Origin: Isurus oxyrinchus
Lineage: Eukaryota
DNA length: 64,000 nt
Direction of reading: 5' to 3'
Assembly: GCA_026770705.1 (NCBI GenBank)
Contig: JANJGN010000301.1
Location: 186,001-250,000, forward strand
How positions within the stretch are numbered: position 1 is the stretch's first letter; each line of letters starts with the position of its first letter. Positions 49,590-64,000 of the stretch are shown piece after piece. Both the position numbers and the translations under genes were made by a program. Below the pieces are notes generated by a model, which saw only the letters and a list, made by a program, of their open reading frames with translations, had not been told where the DNA came from and searched no databases.

Positions 49590-50895
49590 TAAAAACAGAA
49601 AATGCTAGAAAAACGCCATTCCATTCTCTTAGTTCGTTCACCTCCTTCACATCTGTTCCGATGATGCCACTATCCAAAATGATGCTTCTTACATGCCTTC
49701 CTTCTTCCTTAACCAAGGTTACCCACCCACTGTGGTTGACAGGGCCATCAACTGTGTCCGACCCATCTCCCACATCTCTGCTTTCACACATTCCCTTCTC
49801 TCCCAGAATCATGATAAAGTCCTCCTTTTACTCACGTTTCATCCCACCACCTCAGCATTCAAAGTATCATCCTCCGCCTTTTCCACTAAGCCCAACATGA
49901 TACCACCACCAAACATACCTTCCCCTCACCACTCCAGCCCCACCCCTGTCAGCATTCCACAGGGACTGTTCCCTCCGATACACCCTGGTCCACTCCTCCA
50001 TCATCCGCAACACCTCATCCCTTCCCATGGCACCTTCCCAAGCAATCAGAGAAGATGCAACACCTGCCCCTTTACCTCCTCCATCCTCACCATCCAAGGG
50101 CCTAAACACTCAGGTGAAGCATTGCTTCATTGTATCTCCTTCAATTTGGTCGACTGCATTCGATGCTCCCAATGCTGTCTCCTCGAGATTGGGGACACCA
50201 AACACAGACTGGCAGGCCGCTTTGTGGAACACCTTCAGTCTATCTACAAGCATGACCTAGACTTTCCTGTCGCTTGCAAATTCAACACACCATCCTGCTC
50301 TGATACCCACATGTCCCTCTTTGACCTGCTGCATTGCCCCAGTGAAGCCCAACGCAAACTGGAGGAACAGAAACTCATCTTCCGATAATGCACTTTACAG
50401 CTTTATTCATTTATTCATTGTTTTACCCTTTTTTATCCCCTTTTACGTTCCTTTTTATACCATTTTTCCCTAATCACCCCTACCACACCCCCAAAAGTGC
50501 CATCAGTTACTTGTCCCAAGTTGTTCTTTCACAGTGTGTTGATTCTGGCTCTGCTGTTAACACATTCTGCTTTCCAACCTTTATGACTCTTTAGCACCTA
50601 CTTTAGCATTACTACTGCCATTAACACTCCCTTTTTCTGTTTGCCTATGATATGTTTGACAGTGTCACCTTGCTCCTACCTATTGCTTGTCTTCTATCCA
50701 GCTTGACCTGCTCCACCCCGCTTAAACAACAAATGTCATCACATTTTGACTTCTCTTTAGCTCTGAGGAAAATCATATGATCTCAGAAAGTTAGCTCTGC
50801 TTCTCTTACCACAGGTGCTGTCAGACCTGCTGTGATGTCCCAGCATTTTATGCTATTCTTTCAGATTTCCAGCATCCGCACTATTTTGCTTTTAT
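49590..50895 (+). mobile_element. Penelope-like retroelement fragment (GIY-YIG endonuclease) inserted in the satellite
   Basis: ORF 49693-50388: CNTCPFT...CISFNLVDCIRCSQCCLLEIGDTKHRLAGRFVEHL...RKLEEQKLIFR; GYP motif; family termini in inverted arrangement. Confidence 0.88.
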
Positions 50896-53800
50896 CCAGA
50901 TTGATATAAACTGAGACAGTGCCTAGTGCAGTGATTACTAATGGAGGGTCTAGATTAGCATGAACTGAGACAGGGCCTAGTGTATTGCTTACTGATACAG
51001 TATCTAGATTAATGTAAACTGAGACAGGCTCACGTGCAGTGATAACTGATACAGGATCTAGATTAATATGAACTGAGATATGCTCAAGTGCACTGATCAC
51101 AGACACAGAATTTAGATTAATATAAACTGGGACAGTGTTTATTGATACAGGATCTTGATCAATATAAATTCAGACAATGCCCTATGTATTGATTACTGAT
51201 GCAGGGCCTAGATAAATAAAAATGAGGACAGTGGCTAGTGCAAAGATTACTGATACAGTGTCTGAATCAATATAAACTGAGACAGAGCTGAGTGTAGTGA
51301 TGACTGATACAGGGTCCAGATGATAAAAACTGAGGCAGTGCATAGTGCAGAGATTACTGATACAGGGCCGAGGTGAATATAAAATAGGACAGAGGCTAGT
51401 GCAGTGATTAATGATACAGGATCAGGGTCAGTATAAACTGAGGCAATGTCCATTGCAGTGATTACTGATACATGGCCTAAATTAATATGAACTGAGGCAG
51501 GGCCTAGTGCAGCGATTACTGATTTAGGGACAGAGTAATATGAACTGAGGCAAGCCATAGTGCAGTGATTACTAATTCAGGATCTAGGTTGCTATAAAGT
51601 GAGACAGAGCCTTATGCAGTGATTACTGATAGATGGTCTAGGTTGAAATAAAGTGAGGCAGGGCCTAGTGCAGTGATTACTGACACAGGGAGGAGAGCAA
51701 TATAAACTAGGTCAGGGGCTAGTACAGTGATTAATGATACAGGGTCTGGATTAATATAACATGAGGCAGTGTCTAGTGCAGTGATTACTGATCCAATATC
51801 TTGATAAATATAAAAATAAGATCCTGTCTAGTGCAAGTGCAGTGATTACTGGTACATGGTCTAGATTAATATGAACTGAGGCACAGCCTAGTGCAGCGAT
51901 TACTGATTTAGGGTCAAGATTGATATAAACTAAGACAGGGCATATTGAATTGATTACTGATGCAGGGTTCAGGTTAATAGAAAATGAGAGAGGGCAAAGT
52001 ACAATGATTATAGATTCATGGTGCAGATTATTATAACCAGAACAGGGACAAGTGCAGTGATTACTGAAACAGGGCCTTGATTAATATAAACTGAACCAGG
52101 CTCTTGTACGGTAATCACTGATACACGGTCTGAACTAACATAACCTGAGACAAGGCCTGGTGCACTGTTCACTGACACAGGACCCAGATAAATATAACTG
52201 GGACAGGGGCTCGGGCAGTGATTACTGCTGCAGAGGCTAAATTAATATAAACTTTGATAGGGCCTAGTGCAGTGATTATTGATACAGGGTCTAGACTGAT
52301 TTAAAAAAACTGAGGCAGGGCATAGTGCAGTGATTGCTGATACAGGGTACAGATTAATATAAACTGAGACAGGACCTAGATAAATATAAGCCAGGACAAG
52401 GGCTAGTGCAGTGATTAATGATACGGGATCATGATCAATATAAACTGAGACAGTGTCCTTTGTAGTGATTACTGATACAAGATCTAGATCAATATCAATG
52501 GAGACAGGGCCTAGTGCAGAGATTACTGATACAGGGTCTTGACTGATATAAACTGAGGCAGGGCATTGTGCAGTGATGACAAATGCAGGCTCTATGTTAA
52601 TATAAACTGTGACAGGGTCTCGTGCAGTGATTACTGACACATGGTCTATTTGATATAAACTGAGGGAGTGCATATTGCAGTGATACAGAGCCGAGAGCAA
52701 TATATATGGAGACAGTGTTCATTGCAGTGATTGCTGATGCACGGTCTTGATTAGTGAAAACTGAGACACTGTGAAGTGCAGTGATTACAGATACAGGGTC
52801 TAGGCTGATATAAACTGAGGCAGACCATAGTCAGTGATTATTAATACTGGGTCCAGATAAATATAAACTGAGACAGGCCCTAGTGCAGAAAAAACTGATG
52901 CAAAGTCGAGATCAATAGAAACTGATGCAGGGTCTAATGCATTGATGATTGACACTGGGTGTAGATTAATAGAACCTGAGACCGGGCCTAGTACAGTGAT
53001 TACAGATGCAGGGTGGAGAATGATAAAAACTGAGGCAGGGCATATTGCAGGGATTACTGATACAGGGTCGAGATTAATCTAGATTGAGACATGGTCTGGT
53101 GTGATGCTTACCGATACAGAATCAGGATCAATATAAACTGAGACAGAGCCCAGTGCAGTGATTACTGACACATGGTTTCAATCAATATTAACTCAGTCAA
53201 TGTCCAGTGCAGTGATTACTGACACAGAGCCTAGATTAATATAAACTGAGGCAAGGTCTAGTGCACTGATAACTGATACAGTGTCCAGATCAATAAAAAC
53301 TGAGATAGGTCCAAGTGCCGCGATTACTGATACAGGGCCTGGATTAATATAAACTGAGACAGGGCCAAGTGCAGTCATTACTGATACAGGAACTAAATTA
53401 ATATAAACTGAAACAGGGTCTAGTCCAGTGTTTACTGATACAGGATCTCAATCAATATAAACTCAGACAATGCCGAGTGCACTGATTACTGATACAGGAT
53501 CTAGATTTATAAAAACTGAGGCATGTTCTAGTGCAGTGATTACAGGCACAGGATCTAGCTTAATATAAACTGAGACAGGTTCTTGTGCAGTAATTACTGA
53601 TACAGGGTCTCAATCAATATAAACTCAGACAATGCCCAAGGCAGTGATTACTGATACAGGGATGAGATAAATATAAATTGAGGCAGGGCCTACTGCAGTG
53701 ATTACTGATACAGGGTCTAGGTTAACAGGAACTGAGAGAGGGCCAAGTGCAGTGATTATAGAGTCAGGGTGCAGATTATAATAACCAGAACAGGGACGAG

Positions 53801-55117
53801 TTCCGTGATTACTGAAACAGTGTCTTGATTAATATAAACTGAGACAGGCTCTTGTGCAGTAATTACTGATCCATGGTCTGAACTAACATAAACTGAGACA
53901 GGGCCTGGTGCAGTGTTCATTGATACAGGGCCTAGATAAATATAACTGGCACAGGGACTCGGGCAGTGATTACTGATACAGGGTTTAGGTTAATATAGAT
54001 AATGAGATGGGGCCTAGTGCAGAGATAACTGAAACAGGGTCCAGATTCATAAAAAAAAGCTGAGGCAGGGCATGGTGCAGGGATTACTGATACTGGGCCG
54101 AGATTAATATACAGTCAGAGAGGCTCAAGTGCAGTGATTGCTGATATAGGGTCCAAATTCTTATAAAAACGTAGGATCTAATGCAGTGATTACTGATACA
54201 GGGCCTAGATTGATATAAACTGAGACAAGGCCGAGTGCCATGATTTGTGTTACAGGATTGGGTGCAGAAAAATGGGACAGTGTCCAGTGCAGTGATTACA
54301 GGTACAGGGTCCAGATTAATTGAAACTGAGAAACAGTCCAGTGCAGTGCTTCTAGGTTCAGGGTACAAATTATTATTACTAGAACAGGGTCGGGTGCAAT
54401 GATTACTGAAACAGGGTCTTGATTAATATAAACTGAGACAGGCACTTGTGCAGTGATTACTGACACAGGGTCTGAACCAACATAAACTGAGACATGGCCT
54501 GGTGAAGTGTTCACTGATACAGGGCCCAGATAAATATAACTGCGACAGGAGCTCTTGCAGTGATTACTGTTGCAGTGACTAAATTAATATAAACTGAGAC
54601 TGGATCTAGTGCAGTGATTACTGATAGAGGGACTGGGCTAATGTAAAGTGAGACAGAGTCTTGTGCAGAGATAACAGATGTGGGACCAGGATCAATACAA
54701 ACTGAGACAGGGTCTAGATCAATATCAACTGAGACAGTTTCTACTGCAGTGAATACTGATACAGGTCTTGATTAATAAAAACTGAGACAGGGCCTAGTGC
54801 AGCGATTAATGTTACAGGGGCTAGATTAAAATCAACTGAGAGAGCCTCAAGTACAGAGATTACAGATATAGGGTCTAGATTAATATAATTTGAGACAGGT
54901 CTAGTGTAGAGATGACTGATACATGGCCTAGCTCAATATAAATTGAGGCAGTATCCAGTGCAGTGATTACTGACACGGGGTCTTGATTAATATAAACTGC
55001 GGAGGGCACAGTGCAGTGATTACTGATGCAGGCTCTAAATTAATGTAAACTGAGACAAGGCCTAGTATGGTGATTACTGATACAGGGTCTAGATTGATAA
55101 AAACTGAGACAGGGCAG

Positions 55118-55270
55118 AATATAATTCAAAGATTGGCTTTGTTGTAGGAGACAGAGGATGATGACAGAAGGATGCTTTAGTTACTAGAAGCCAGTGTCCA
55201 GTGGCGTAGCACAGGGATCTGTGCTGGGTCCCCTATTATTTGTCATTTATATAAATGACATAGATGGCTA
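55118..55270 (+). mobile_element. Truncated CR1 fragment, duplicate of the 5' end of the 60465 copy
   Basis: [16 protein letters not shown]; same satellite junction as at 60465. Confidence 0.85.
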
Positions 55271-58200
55271 GATTAATAGAAATTGAGACAGGTTCTAGTG
55301 CAGTGTTTACTGATACATGGTCCTGATCAATATAAACTCAGACAATGTCCAGTGCAGTCATTACTAATACAGGGTCTAGTTCAATAGAATCTGAGACAGG
55401 GTCCAGTGCAATGAAAACTGAAGTAGGGTCAAGATTAATATAAACTCAGACAATGTCCAGTGCAGAGATTATTGATACAGGGCCGAGACAAATATAAACT
55501 GAGACTGGGCCTACTGCAGTGATTGCTGATACAGGGTCTGGATCAATAGAAACTGAGACAGTGTCCAGTGCCGTGATTACTGAAACAGGGTCTAGATTAA
55601 CATAAACTGAGACAGAGCCTAGTGTGATGATTACTGATACAGGGTCTGGACGATAAAAACAGAGGCAGGGCATAGTGTAGTGATTACTGATACAGAGTCT
55701 AGATTAATGTAAACTGAGACAGAGCCTAGTGCAGTGATTTCTGATACAGGGGCTGGATCAATATAAACTGAGACAGTGTCCAGTGCAGTGATTACCGATA
55801 CGGGGTCTAGATTAACATAAATTGAAACAGAGCCTAGTGTGATGATTACTGATACAGAGTCTAGATTAATATAAAATGAGACAGAGCCTAGTGCAGTGAT
55901 TACTGATGCAGGCCCAAGGTAAATATAAAGCAGGACAGAGGCTAGTGCATTGATCAATGATACAGGATCAGGGTCAATATAAACTGAGACAGTGTCCATT
56001 GAAGTAATTACTGATACATGGCCTAAATTAATATGAACTGAGGCGGGCCATATTGCAGTAATTACTGAACAAGGCTCTAGGGCTAATATAAACTGAGACA
56101 GGGTCTAGTGCAGTGATTACTGCTACATGATCTAGATCAATATAAACTGAGACAGTGTCCAGTGCAGTGATTACTGATACAGGGTCTAGATTAATATAAA
56201 CTGAGACAGACCCTCGTGTGATGATTACTGATACAGGGTCTAGATGATAAAAACAGAGGCAGGGTATAGTGCAGTGATTACTGATACAAGGTCTAGATTA
56301 ATGTAAACTGAGACAGAGCCTAGTGCAGTGATTACTGATGCAGGGCCAAGGTAAATATAATGCAGGACAGAGGGTAGTGCATTGATTAATGATACAGGAT
56401 CAGGGTCAATATAAACTGAGACAGTGTCCATTGAAGTAATTACTGATACATGGCCTAAATTAATATGAACTGAGGCAGGCCATATTGCAGTAATTACTGA
56501 ACAAGGCTCTAGGGCTAATATAAACTGAGACAGGGTCTAGTGCAGTGATTACTGATACATGGTCTAGATCAATATAAATTGAGGCAGTGTCCAGTGGAGT
56601 GATTACTGACACGGGGTCTTGATTAATATAAACTGAGATGGGGTCTAGTGCAGTGATTCCTGATACAGGCTCTAGCTTGACAGAAACTGAGACAGGGCAT
56701 TGTGCAGTGATTACTGATCCATGGTCTAGATAAGTATAAACTGGGACAGGGGCTAGAACAGTGATTACTGTTACAGTGTCTGGACTAAAATAGATGGAGG
56801 CATTCTCTAGATCTGTTATTACTGATACAGGTTCTGGATTCATTTAAACTGAGATAAGGTCTAGTGCAGTGATTACTGATACAGGATATGGATTGATATA
56901 AACTGATTCTGGGTCTAGTGCAGTGATTACTGGCACAGCGTCCAGATCAATATAAACAGAGACAGGGACTAGTGCAGTGATTACTGATCCAGGATATGGA
57001 TTGATATAAACTGATGTTGGGTCTAGTGCAGTGATTACTGGCACAGCGTCCAGATCAGTATAAACAGAGACGGTTGACATAAATATATATTGGGATAAGG
57101 GCCAGTGCAGTGATTACTGGCACAAGGTCTGGACTCATATAAATGGAGACAAGGTCCAGCGAAGTTATTACTGATAAAGGACCTGGATTGATATAAACTA
57201 AGGCAGGCCATAGTACAGTGACTAGTGTTGCAGGGCCAAGATAAATAAAATCGAGGACAGCGGCTAGTGCAGTGATTACCGCTACGGGATCTAGAACAAT
57301 ATAAAGTGAGGGTGCTCATTGCACTGATTATTATACAGGGTTTGATTTATATAAAATGAGACAGGCTCTAATGCCAGGATTACTGATACAGGGTCTGGAT
57401 CAATATAAACTGAGACAGTGGCCAGTGCAGTGATTATTGATACAGGGTCTAGATTAATGTAAAATGAGACTAGTGCCATGATTACTAATACAGGGTCTAG
57501 ATGATAAAAATGGAGGCAGGGCATAGTGCAGTGATTACTGATGCAGGGTCGAGGTGAATATAAACTAGGACAGAGGCTAGTGCATTGATTAATGATACAG
57601 GATCAATATCAATATAAACTGAGACAGTGTCCATTGCACTGATTACTGATGCATGGCCTAAATTAAAATGAACTGAGTCAGGGCGCAGTGCAGCAGTTAC
57701 TGATTTAGGGTCTAGATTAATATGAACTGAGGCAAGCCATATTGCAGTGATTACTGACACAGGGACTAGATTAACATAAACTAGGACAGGGGATAGTGCA
57801 GTGATTAATGATACAGGATCAGGGTCAATATAAACTGAAACAGTGTCCATTGAAGCGATTACAGTTACGGGGTGTACATCAATATAAAATGAGACAGTGT
57901 CTAGGGCAGTGATTACTGATCCTAGGTCTTGATAAAAATAAAACTGAGATAGTGATTAGTGCAGTGATTACTGACACATGGTCTCGATTAATATGAACTG
58001 AGGCATGACCTAGTGCAGCGATTACTGATTTAGGGTCTAGATTGATATAAACTAAAGTAGGGAAAATTGCAGTAATTGCTGATACAGGGATGAGATTGAC
58101 ATAAACTGAGGCAGGGCATATTGCAGTGATTACTGGTACAGGGTATGGGTTAATAGAAACTGAGTGAGGGCCCAGTGCAATGATTATAGATTCAGGGTGC

Positions 58201-60464
58201 AGATTATTATAACCAGAACAGGGACAAGTGCAGTGATTTCTGAAACAGGGCCTTGATTAATATAAACTGAGACAGGCACTTGTACAGTAATTACTGATAC
58301 ACGGTCTGAACTAACATAACCTGAGACAGGGCCTGGTGCAGTGTTCACTGACACAGGGCCCAGATAAATATAACTGGGACAGGGGCTCGGGCAGTGATTA
58401 CTGCTGCAGGGACTAAATTAATGTAAACTGAGATAGGTCTAGTGCAGTGATTACTGATACAGGGTCTCGATTGATAAACAAAATGACGCCTGGCATATTG
58501 CACAGCATCTAGCTTAATATAAACTGCGGCAGGGCCGAGTGCATTGATTACTGACACATGGTCTCAATCAATATGAACTTAGACAATGTCCTGTGCAGCG
58601 ATTACTGATGCAGAGCTAGATTAATATAAACTGAGGCAGGGCCTCATGTAGTGATAATTGATACAGGGTCTAGATTAATAGAAACAGAGAGAGGGCCAAG
58701 TGCACTGAATACGGATAGAGGGTCTAAATTGATATAGACTGAGGTAGGCCATATTGCTGTAATTACTGATACAGTGTCCCGATCAATATAAACTGAGATA
58801 GGTCCAGGTGCAGTGATTACTGATACGGGTCTGGATTAATATAAAGTGAGACAGGGCCTTGTGCAGTCATTACTGATACAAGGTCTAGATTAATATAACC
58901 TGAGACGGGGCTTATTGCAATTATTACTGATAGATGGTCTGGACTAATTTAAACTGAGGCAGGCCATAGTGCAGTGATGACTGATACAGGATCTAGATTA
59001 ATATAAACTGAGACAGGGTCTAGCACAGTGTTTATTAATACAGTGTCTCAATCAGCATAACTCAGACAATGCTGAGTGCAGTGATTACTGATACAGGATC
59101 CAGATTAATGTAAACTGAGGCATGTTCTAGTGTAGTGATTACAAGCACAGGATCTAGCTTAATATAAACTGAGACAGGTTCTTGTGCAGTAATTACTGAT
59201 ACAGGGTCTCAATCAATACAAACTCAGACAATGTCTAATGCAGTCATTACTGATACAGGGCCAAGATAAATATGACCTGAGGCAGGGCCTACTGCAGTGA
59301 TTACTGATACAAGGTCTAGGTTAATAGAAACTGAGAGAGGGCCAAGTGCAGTGATTATAGATTCAGTGTGCAGTTTATTATAACCAGAACAGGGACGAGT
59401 GCAGTGATTACTGAAAAAGGGGCTTGATTAATATAAACTGAGACAGACCCTTGTATAGTAATTACTGATACACGGTCTGGACTAACATAAACTGAGAAAT
59501 GGCCTGGTGAAGTGTTAATTGATATAGGGCCTAGATAAATATAACTGGGTTGAGGCAGTGATAACTGATACAGGGTCTAGATTGATAAAAGAAAACCTCA
59601 GGCAGGACATAGTGCAGGGATTACTGATACCGGGCCGAGATTAATATAAACTCAGAGAGTGTCAAGTGCAGTGATTACTGGCATAAGGTCCAAACTGATA
59701 TAAAATGACTTGCGTCTAGTGTAGTGATTACTGGTATAGGGTCTAGATTGATATAAACTGAGACAAGGCCTGGTGCCAGGATTTGTGTTACAGGGTTGGA
59801 TGCATATAAAATGGGACAGGGCCTAGTGCAGTGATTACAGGTACAGGCTTTAGATTAATATAAACTGAGAAGCAGTCCAGTGCAGTGCTTTTAGGTTCAG
59901 GGTGCAAATTATTAATACCAGAACAGGGTCGAATGCAGTGATTACTGAAACAGGGTCTTGATTAATATAAACTGAGACAGAGCCTGGTGAAATGTCCACT
60001 GGTACAGGGCCTAGATAAATACAGTTGGGACAGGAGATCTTGCAGTGATGACTGCTGCAGGGACTAAATTAATATAAACTGAGACAGGGTCTGTTGCAAT
60101 GATTACTGATACAGGGTTTAGATCAAAGTCAACTGAGACAATGTCCATTGCAGTGATTACTGATCCAGGGTCTTGATTGATAAAAACTGAGACAGGACCT
60201 AGTGCAGTAAGTAATGTTACAGGGTCTAGATTAATATAAACTGAGAGAGCCTCAAGTGCAGAAAATACAGATACAGGATCTAGATTATTATATTCTGAGA
60301 CAGATCTAGTGCAGAGACTACTGATACATGGTCTAGCTCAATATAAACTGTGGCAGGGCACAGTGCAGTGATTACTGATGCTCTAAAGTAATGTAAGGAA
60401 GACAACGTCTAGTACGGTGATTACAGATACAGGGGCTAGATTGATAAAAACTGAGGCAGGGAAG

Positions 60465-61552
60465 AATATAATTCTAAAATTGGATTAGTTGTAGGAGACA
60501 GAGGGTGATGACAGAAAGACGCTTTAGTGACTGGAAGCCAGGGTCCAGTACCACAGGGATCTGTGCTGGGTCCCCGATTATTTGTTATTAATATAAACGA
60601 AAGTAGATGCCTACATGTGGGGTAGGATTAGTAAGTTTGCGGGGGATACAGAGATTGGCCGGTTGGTTAACAGTGATGTTGAGTGTTTTGGGCTACAGGA
60701 AGATATAGATGGAATGGTCAAATGGGCAGATAAGTGGCAGATGGAATTTAGCACTGAAAAGTACGAGGTGATACATCTTTGAAGGAGTAATTTGACTAGT
60801 AAATATTCAATGAATGGGATGACACTAGGAAGTTCTGAGGAACAAAGGGACCTTGGCGTGTGTGTCCATAGGTCTCTGAAGGCGGAGGGGCATCTTAGTG
60901 GGGTGGTGAAAAAGGCATATGAGACAGTTGCCTTTATCAATCGAGGCATAGATTACAAAAGTAGGAAGGCCATGTTGGACTTGTATGGAACCTTGGTGAG
61001 GTCACAGCTTGAGTACCATATGCAGTTCTGGTCGCCACATTATAGGAAGGATGTGATGCACTGGAGAGGGTGCAGAGGAGATTCACCAGGATGTTGCCTG
61101 GTATGAAACATTTAAGTTATAAAGAGAGGTTGGGTTGTTTTCATTGGAGCAGAGAAGACTGAGGGGAGACCTGATCAAGGTGTACAAGATTATGAGGGGT
61201 GTGGACAGAGTGAATAGGGAGCAGCTGTTGCCCATAGTTGAAAGGTCAGTCACAAGGAGACATAAGTTCAAGGTGAGGGGCAGGAGGTTTAGGGGGCTTT
61301 TGAGGAAAACCTTTTTTACCCAGAGGGTGGTGATGGTCTGGAATGTGCTGCCTGGTAGGGTGGTGGAGGTGGGTTGCCTTACATCCTTTAAAAAGTACTT
61401 GGATGAGCACTTGGCACATCATAACATTCAAGGCTATGGGCCAAGTGCTATAAATGGGATTAGGCAGGTAGGTCAGGTGTTTTTCACGTGTCTGTGCAGA
61501 CTCGATGGGCCAAAGGGCCTCTTCTGCACTGTGTGATTCTGTGATTCTGTGA
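60465..61552 (+). mobile_element. CR1 LINE RT to 3' end
   Basis: SKFAGDT, EQRDLGVCVHRSLK and RRLRGDLIKVYKIMRG; gtgattctgtgattctgtga tail. Confidence 0.93.
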
Positions 61553-63509
61553 TAGTATAAACTGATTACTGATACAGGTCTAGATCAATATCAAGTGAGA
61601 CAGTGTCTAGTGCAGTGATTACTGACACAGAATCTAGATTAATACAAACTGTGGCAGGGCCGGGTGCTGTGATTACTGACACAGGGACGAGATTATTATA
61701 AACTAGGACAGGGGCTAGTGCAGGAATTAATGATACAGGATCAGGATCAATATAAACTGAGACAGGTGTAGTAATTAATGATACAGGATCAGGATCAATA
61801 TAAACTGAGGCAGTGTCCTTTCCAATGATTACTGTTAGAAGGTCTGGACTAATATAAACTGAATCAGGGCCTAGAGCAGTCATTACTAATACAGGGTCAA
61901 GATTAATAGAAACTGAGACAGGGTCCAGTGCAGTGTTTACTGATACATGGTCCTGATCAATATAAATTCGGACAATGTCCAGTGCAGTCATTACTAATTC
62001 AGGGTCGAGATTAATAGAAACTGAGACAGGGCCTAGTGCAGTGGTTACTGATGCAGGGTGTAGATTAACATAAACTCAGACAATGTCCAGTGCAGAGATG
62101 ACTGACACAGGGTCTAGATTAATGTAAACTGAGACAGGGTCCACTGCAGCAATTAATGATACAGGGTCTAAATTAATATAAACTGAGACAGTGTCTAGTG
62201 CAGTGATTCCTGATATATGGTCTGGACTAGAATAAACTGAGACAGGGCCAAGTGCAAGAATTAATTCATCATTGATGCCCATATCCCAAGAACGAATTAA
62301 AACACTGCAAAATACTGCGGGTTCCGGAAATCTAAAGCAGGGCAAAATATAACCACTCAGCAGGTCAGTGGGCATCAATAGAGAGAAAAACAGGTCAAAC
62401 GTTCAGGCTGATGACAGGTGCAAAATCTCCCTTGGTACCAATCTATAGAGCAGGACTGTTCTCCCCACCATGCTAGTCCAGTATTCATTCTTCAACTAAA
62501 ATCACATATTATCTCATCATTTTTTGCAGCTCTATTCGTGGGAGCTTGCTGTGCACAAATCACCGGATGGATTTCCAATATTACAGCAGTGACTAAACTT
62601 CAACAAATGTACATCAGCGAATTTCAAGGGCTTTAGGATTTCATGGGGTTGTAAGCAGCGTTCTATAAATGTAAATTCTTCCTAAATGTTAACATTTAAA
62701 AATGCTGGTTGTGATATGTTGAAAACTTTGAGATTAATATGAATAGGTCGCTCCTGTGGCTGCTATTTTAAATTGTCCATTTTTAATCAGTTAAATCTTC
62801 CAACAAATTGACATTGAGTGTAATCCCAGCCTGTTCAAATATTCATCATTGATTGTGACAATAGAACTTTCAGAATTGAATTATTAATTTAAATGTATTT
62901 TTAATTATTTGAAATAAATAACATCTGTTCTAATGGATGTTGAAAATGTTTCTATTAATTTTATACCAACTGTCAATATTCTTAAAATAAACTCTTGTTT
63001 TGAGTTGAAACCAATCAATAAGTGTCTGTGTTTATCTGGTTTTGCTGCCATGAACACTTCATTGAAATCAGTGAGGCGTTTATGTAAATAAACACAGAAA
63101 TAGAAGTCCCAGATTAGATTCCGGAGACACAAAAGCACAGTAAATATTTCCCCATCAACATAGCACAAAAATAGAGTCAAACATGCAAATACATCAACCG
63201 ATTTCAGTAGCAATTGTTTTTTGGGCATTTTTAAAATCAGTTAAATGAGAATTATGTCACGATGATATCTCTGTTCAGAATTAAGTAAGATTCCCACTTA
63301 TCATGAAATATAATGTCATGGCAAATGTGTTTGTAGGGATGTCCTGTATCCTCTCTCTCTGTCTCTTTCTCCTCTCTGGTACTTTGTCTTGTCTCTCCAC
63401 CATGGGTCACTGTCTTTACTCCACAACATGAAGTCAATGTCTAGCCAATATATTTTCTCAGCCCGGTTCATACACTTCAAACTAAATTGATCTAATGAAA
63501 TGGATTATA

Positions 63510-64000
63510 ATCCATAGAGGGAACTTTATTCTAAATCTGTTTTGAGCGTTCACTGACTTGAGAGTGCTTGGTGGGAAACTGCAGATGAAACTACTCTGTA
63601 TCTAACCTGTGTTGCAGCCAGTAGCGTAGATTTGATGTGACCGTGCCGAAGGATCTTTCCCTGTATCTAACCCGTGCTGTTCCTGCCTTTGGAGTGTCTG
63701 ATGGAGTGTAGAGGGAGCTTTACTTTGCACCTAACCTGCACTGTGACTGCCCTGGGAGTGTTTGATACGACTGTGTAGAGGGAGATTTACTCTGTATCTA
63801 AACTGTGCTATACCTGGCCTGGGAGCAATTGATTGGGTAGTTTAGAGGGAGTGTTACTCTGCATCTAAACCATGCTATATTTGACATGGCTGTAGACACT
63901 GTAGAGGGGGATTTGCCCCTATCTAAGCCCTGGAAATATCTGATGTGATGGTGCAGAGGCAGCTTTCCTCTTTACCTGCCCCTAGTGCCGAGCTTCCTGG
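63510..64000 (+). repeat. Second satellite family (~65-70-bp unit)
   Basis: Repeated ctgtatctaac..gtgctgt.cctgccctgggagtgtttgat...gtgtagagggag.tttact. Confidence 0.85.

Larger units (their letters stand above)
48940..62255. repeat. Large 54-bp (27+27) tandem satellite array with nested insertions
   Basis: Consensus actgatacagggtctagattaatataa + actgagacagggtctagtgcagtgatt; its minus-strand frame gives the (DPVSVITAL/DPVSVYINL)n pseudo-ORFs. Confidence 0.95.

Noticed and set aside
50861-62378. Many ORFs with DPVSVITAL repeats, suggesting a repeat protein
   Set aside because: They come from translating a 27-bp satellite; frequent frameshifts and stops, and no gene structure

Overview
Eukaryotic, repeat-rich vertebrate DNA, almost certainly from a cartilaginous fish (shark). 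This is inferred from the NAR-TCR cassette and from shark-type CR1/L2/Penelope/SINE repeats and satellites. The first ~33 kb is the V-segment part of a T-cell receptor alpha/delta-type locus, or an orphon of one. It holds at least seven TCR Valpha/Vdelta-like pseudogenes or fragments in both orientations, most with 23-bp recombination signal sequences (RSS). It also holds a structurally complete minus-strand NAR-TCR cassette: leader + IgNAR-like V (22-RSS), a 12/12 D, a 23-RSS J, and a leaderless 'supporting' Vdelta with a CDR1 cysteine. Each V of the cassette carries one inactivating lesion, and the supporting V is followed by a tandem array of four RSS copies. The only intact gene I can support is a two-exon GPR139/GPR142-like GPCR (325 aa) lying among the V segments. 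CTCF-like motifs are scattered through the V region. From ~39 kb on, the window is mostly a 27/54-bp satellite with higher-order duplications and LINE/Penelope insertions, plus weak relics of possible Ig-domain and TRIM-like exons. Most ORFs in the supplied track are repeat-derived or spurious. All family assignments are by eye and from recalled motifs; no database search was run.
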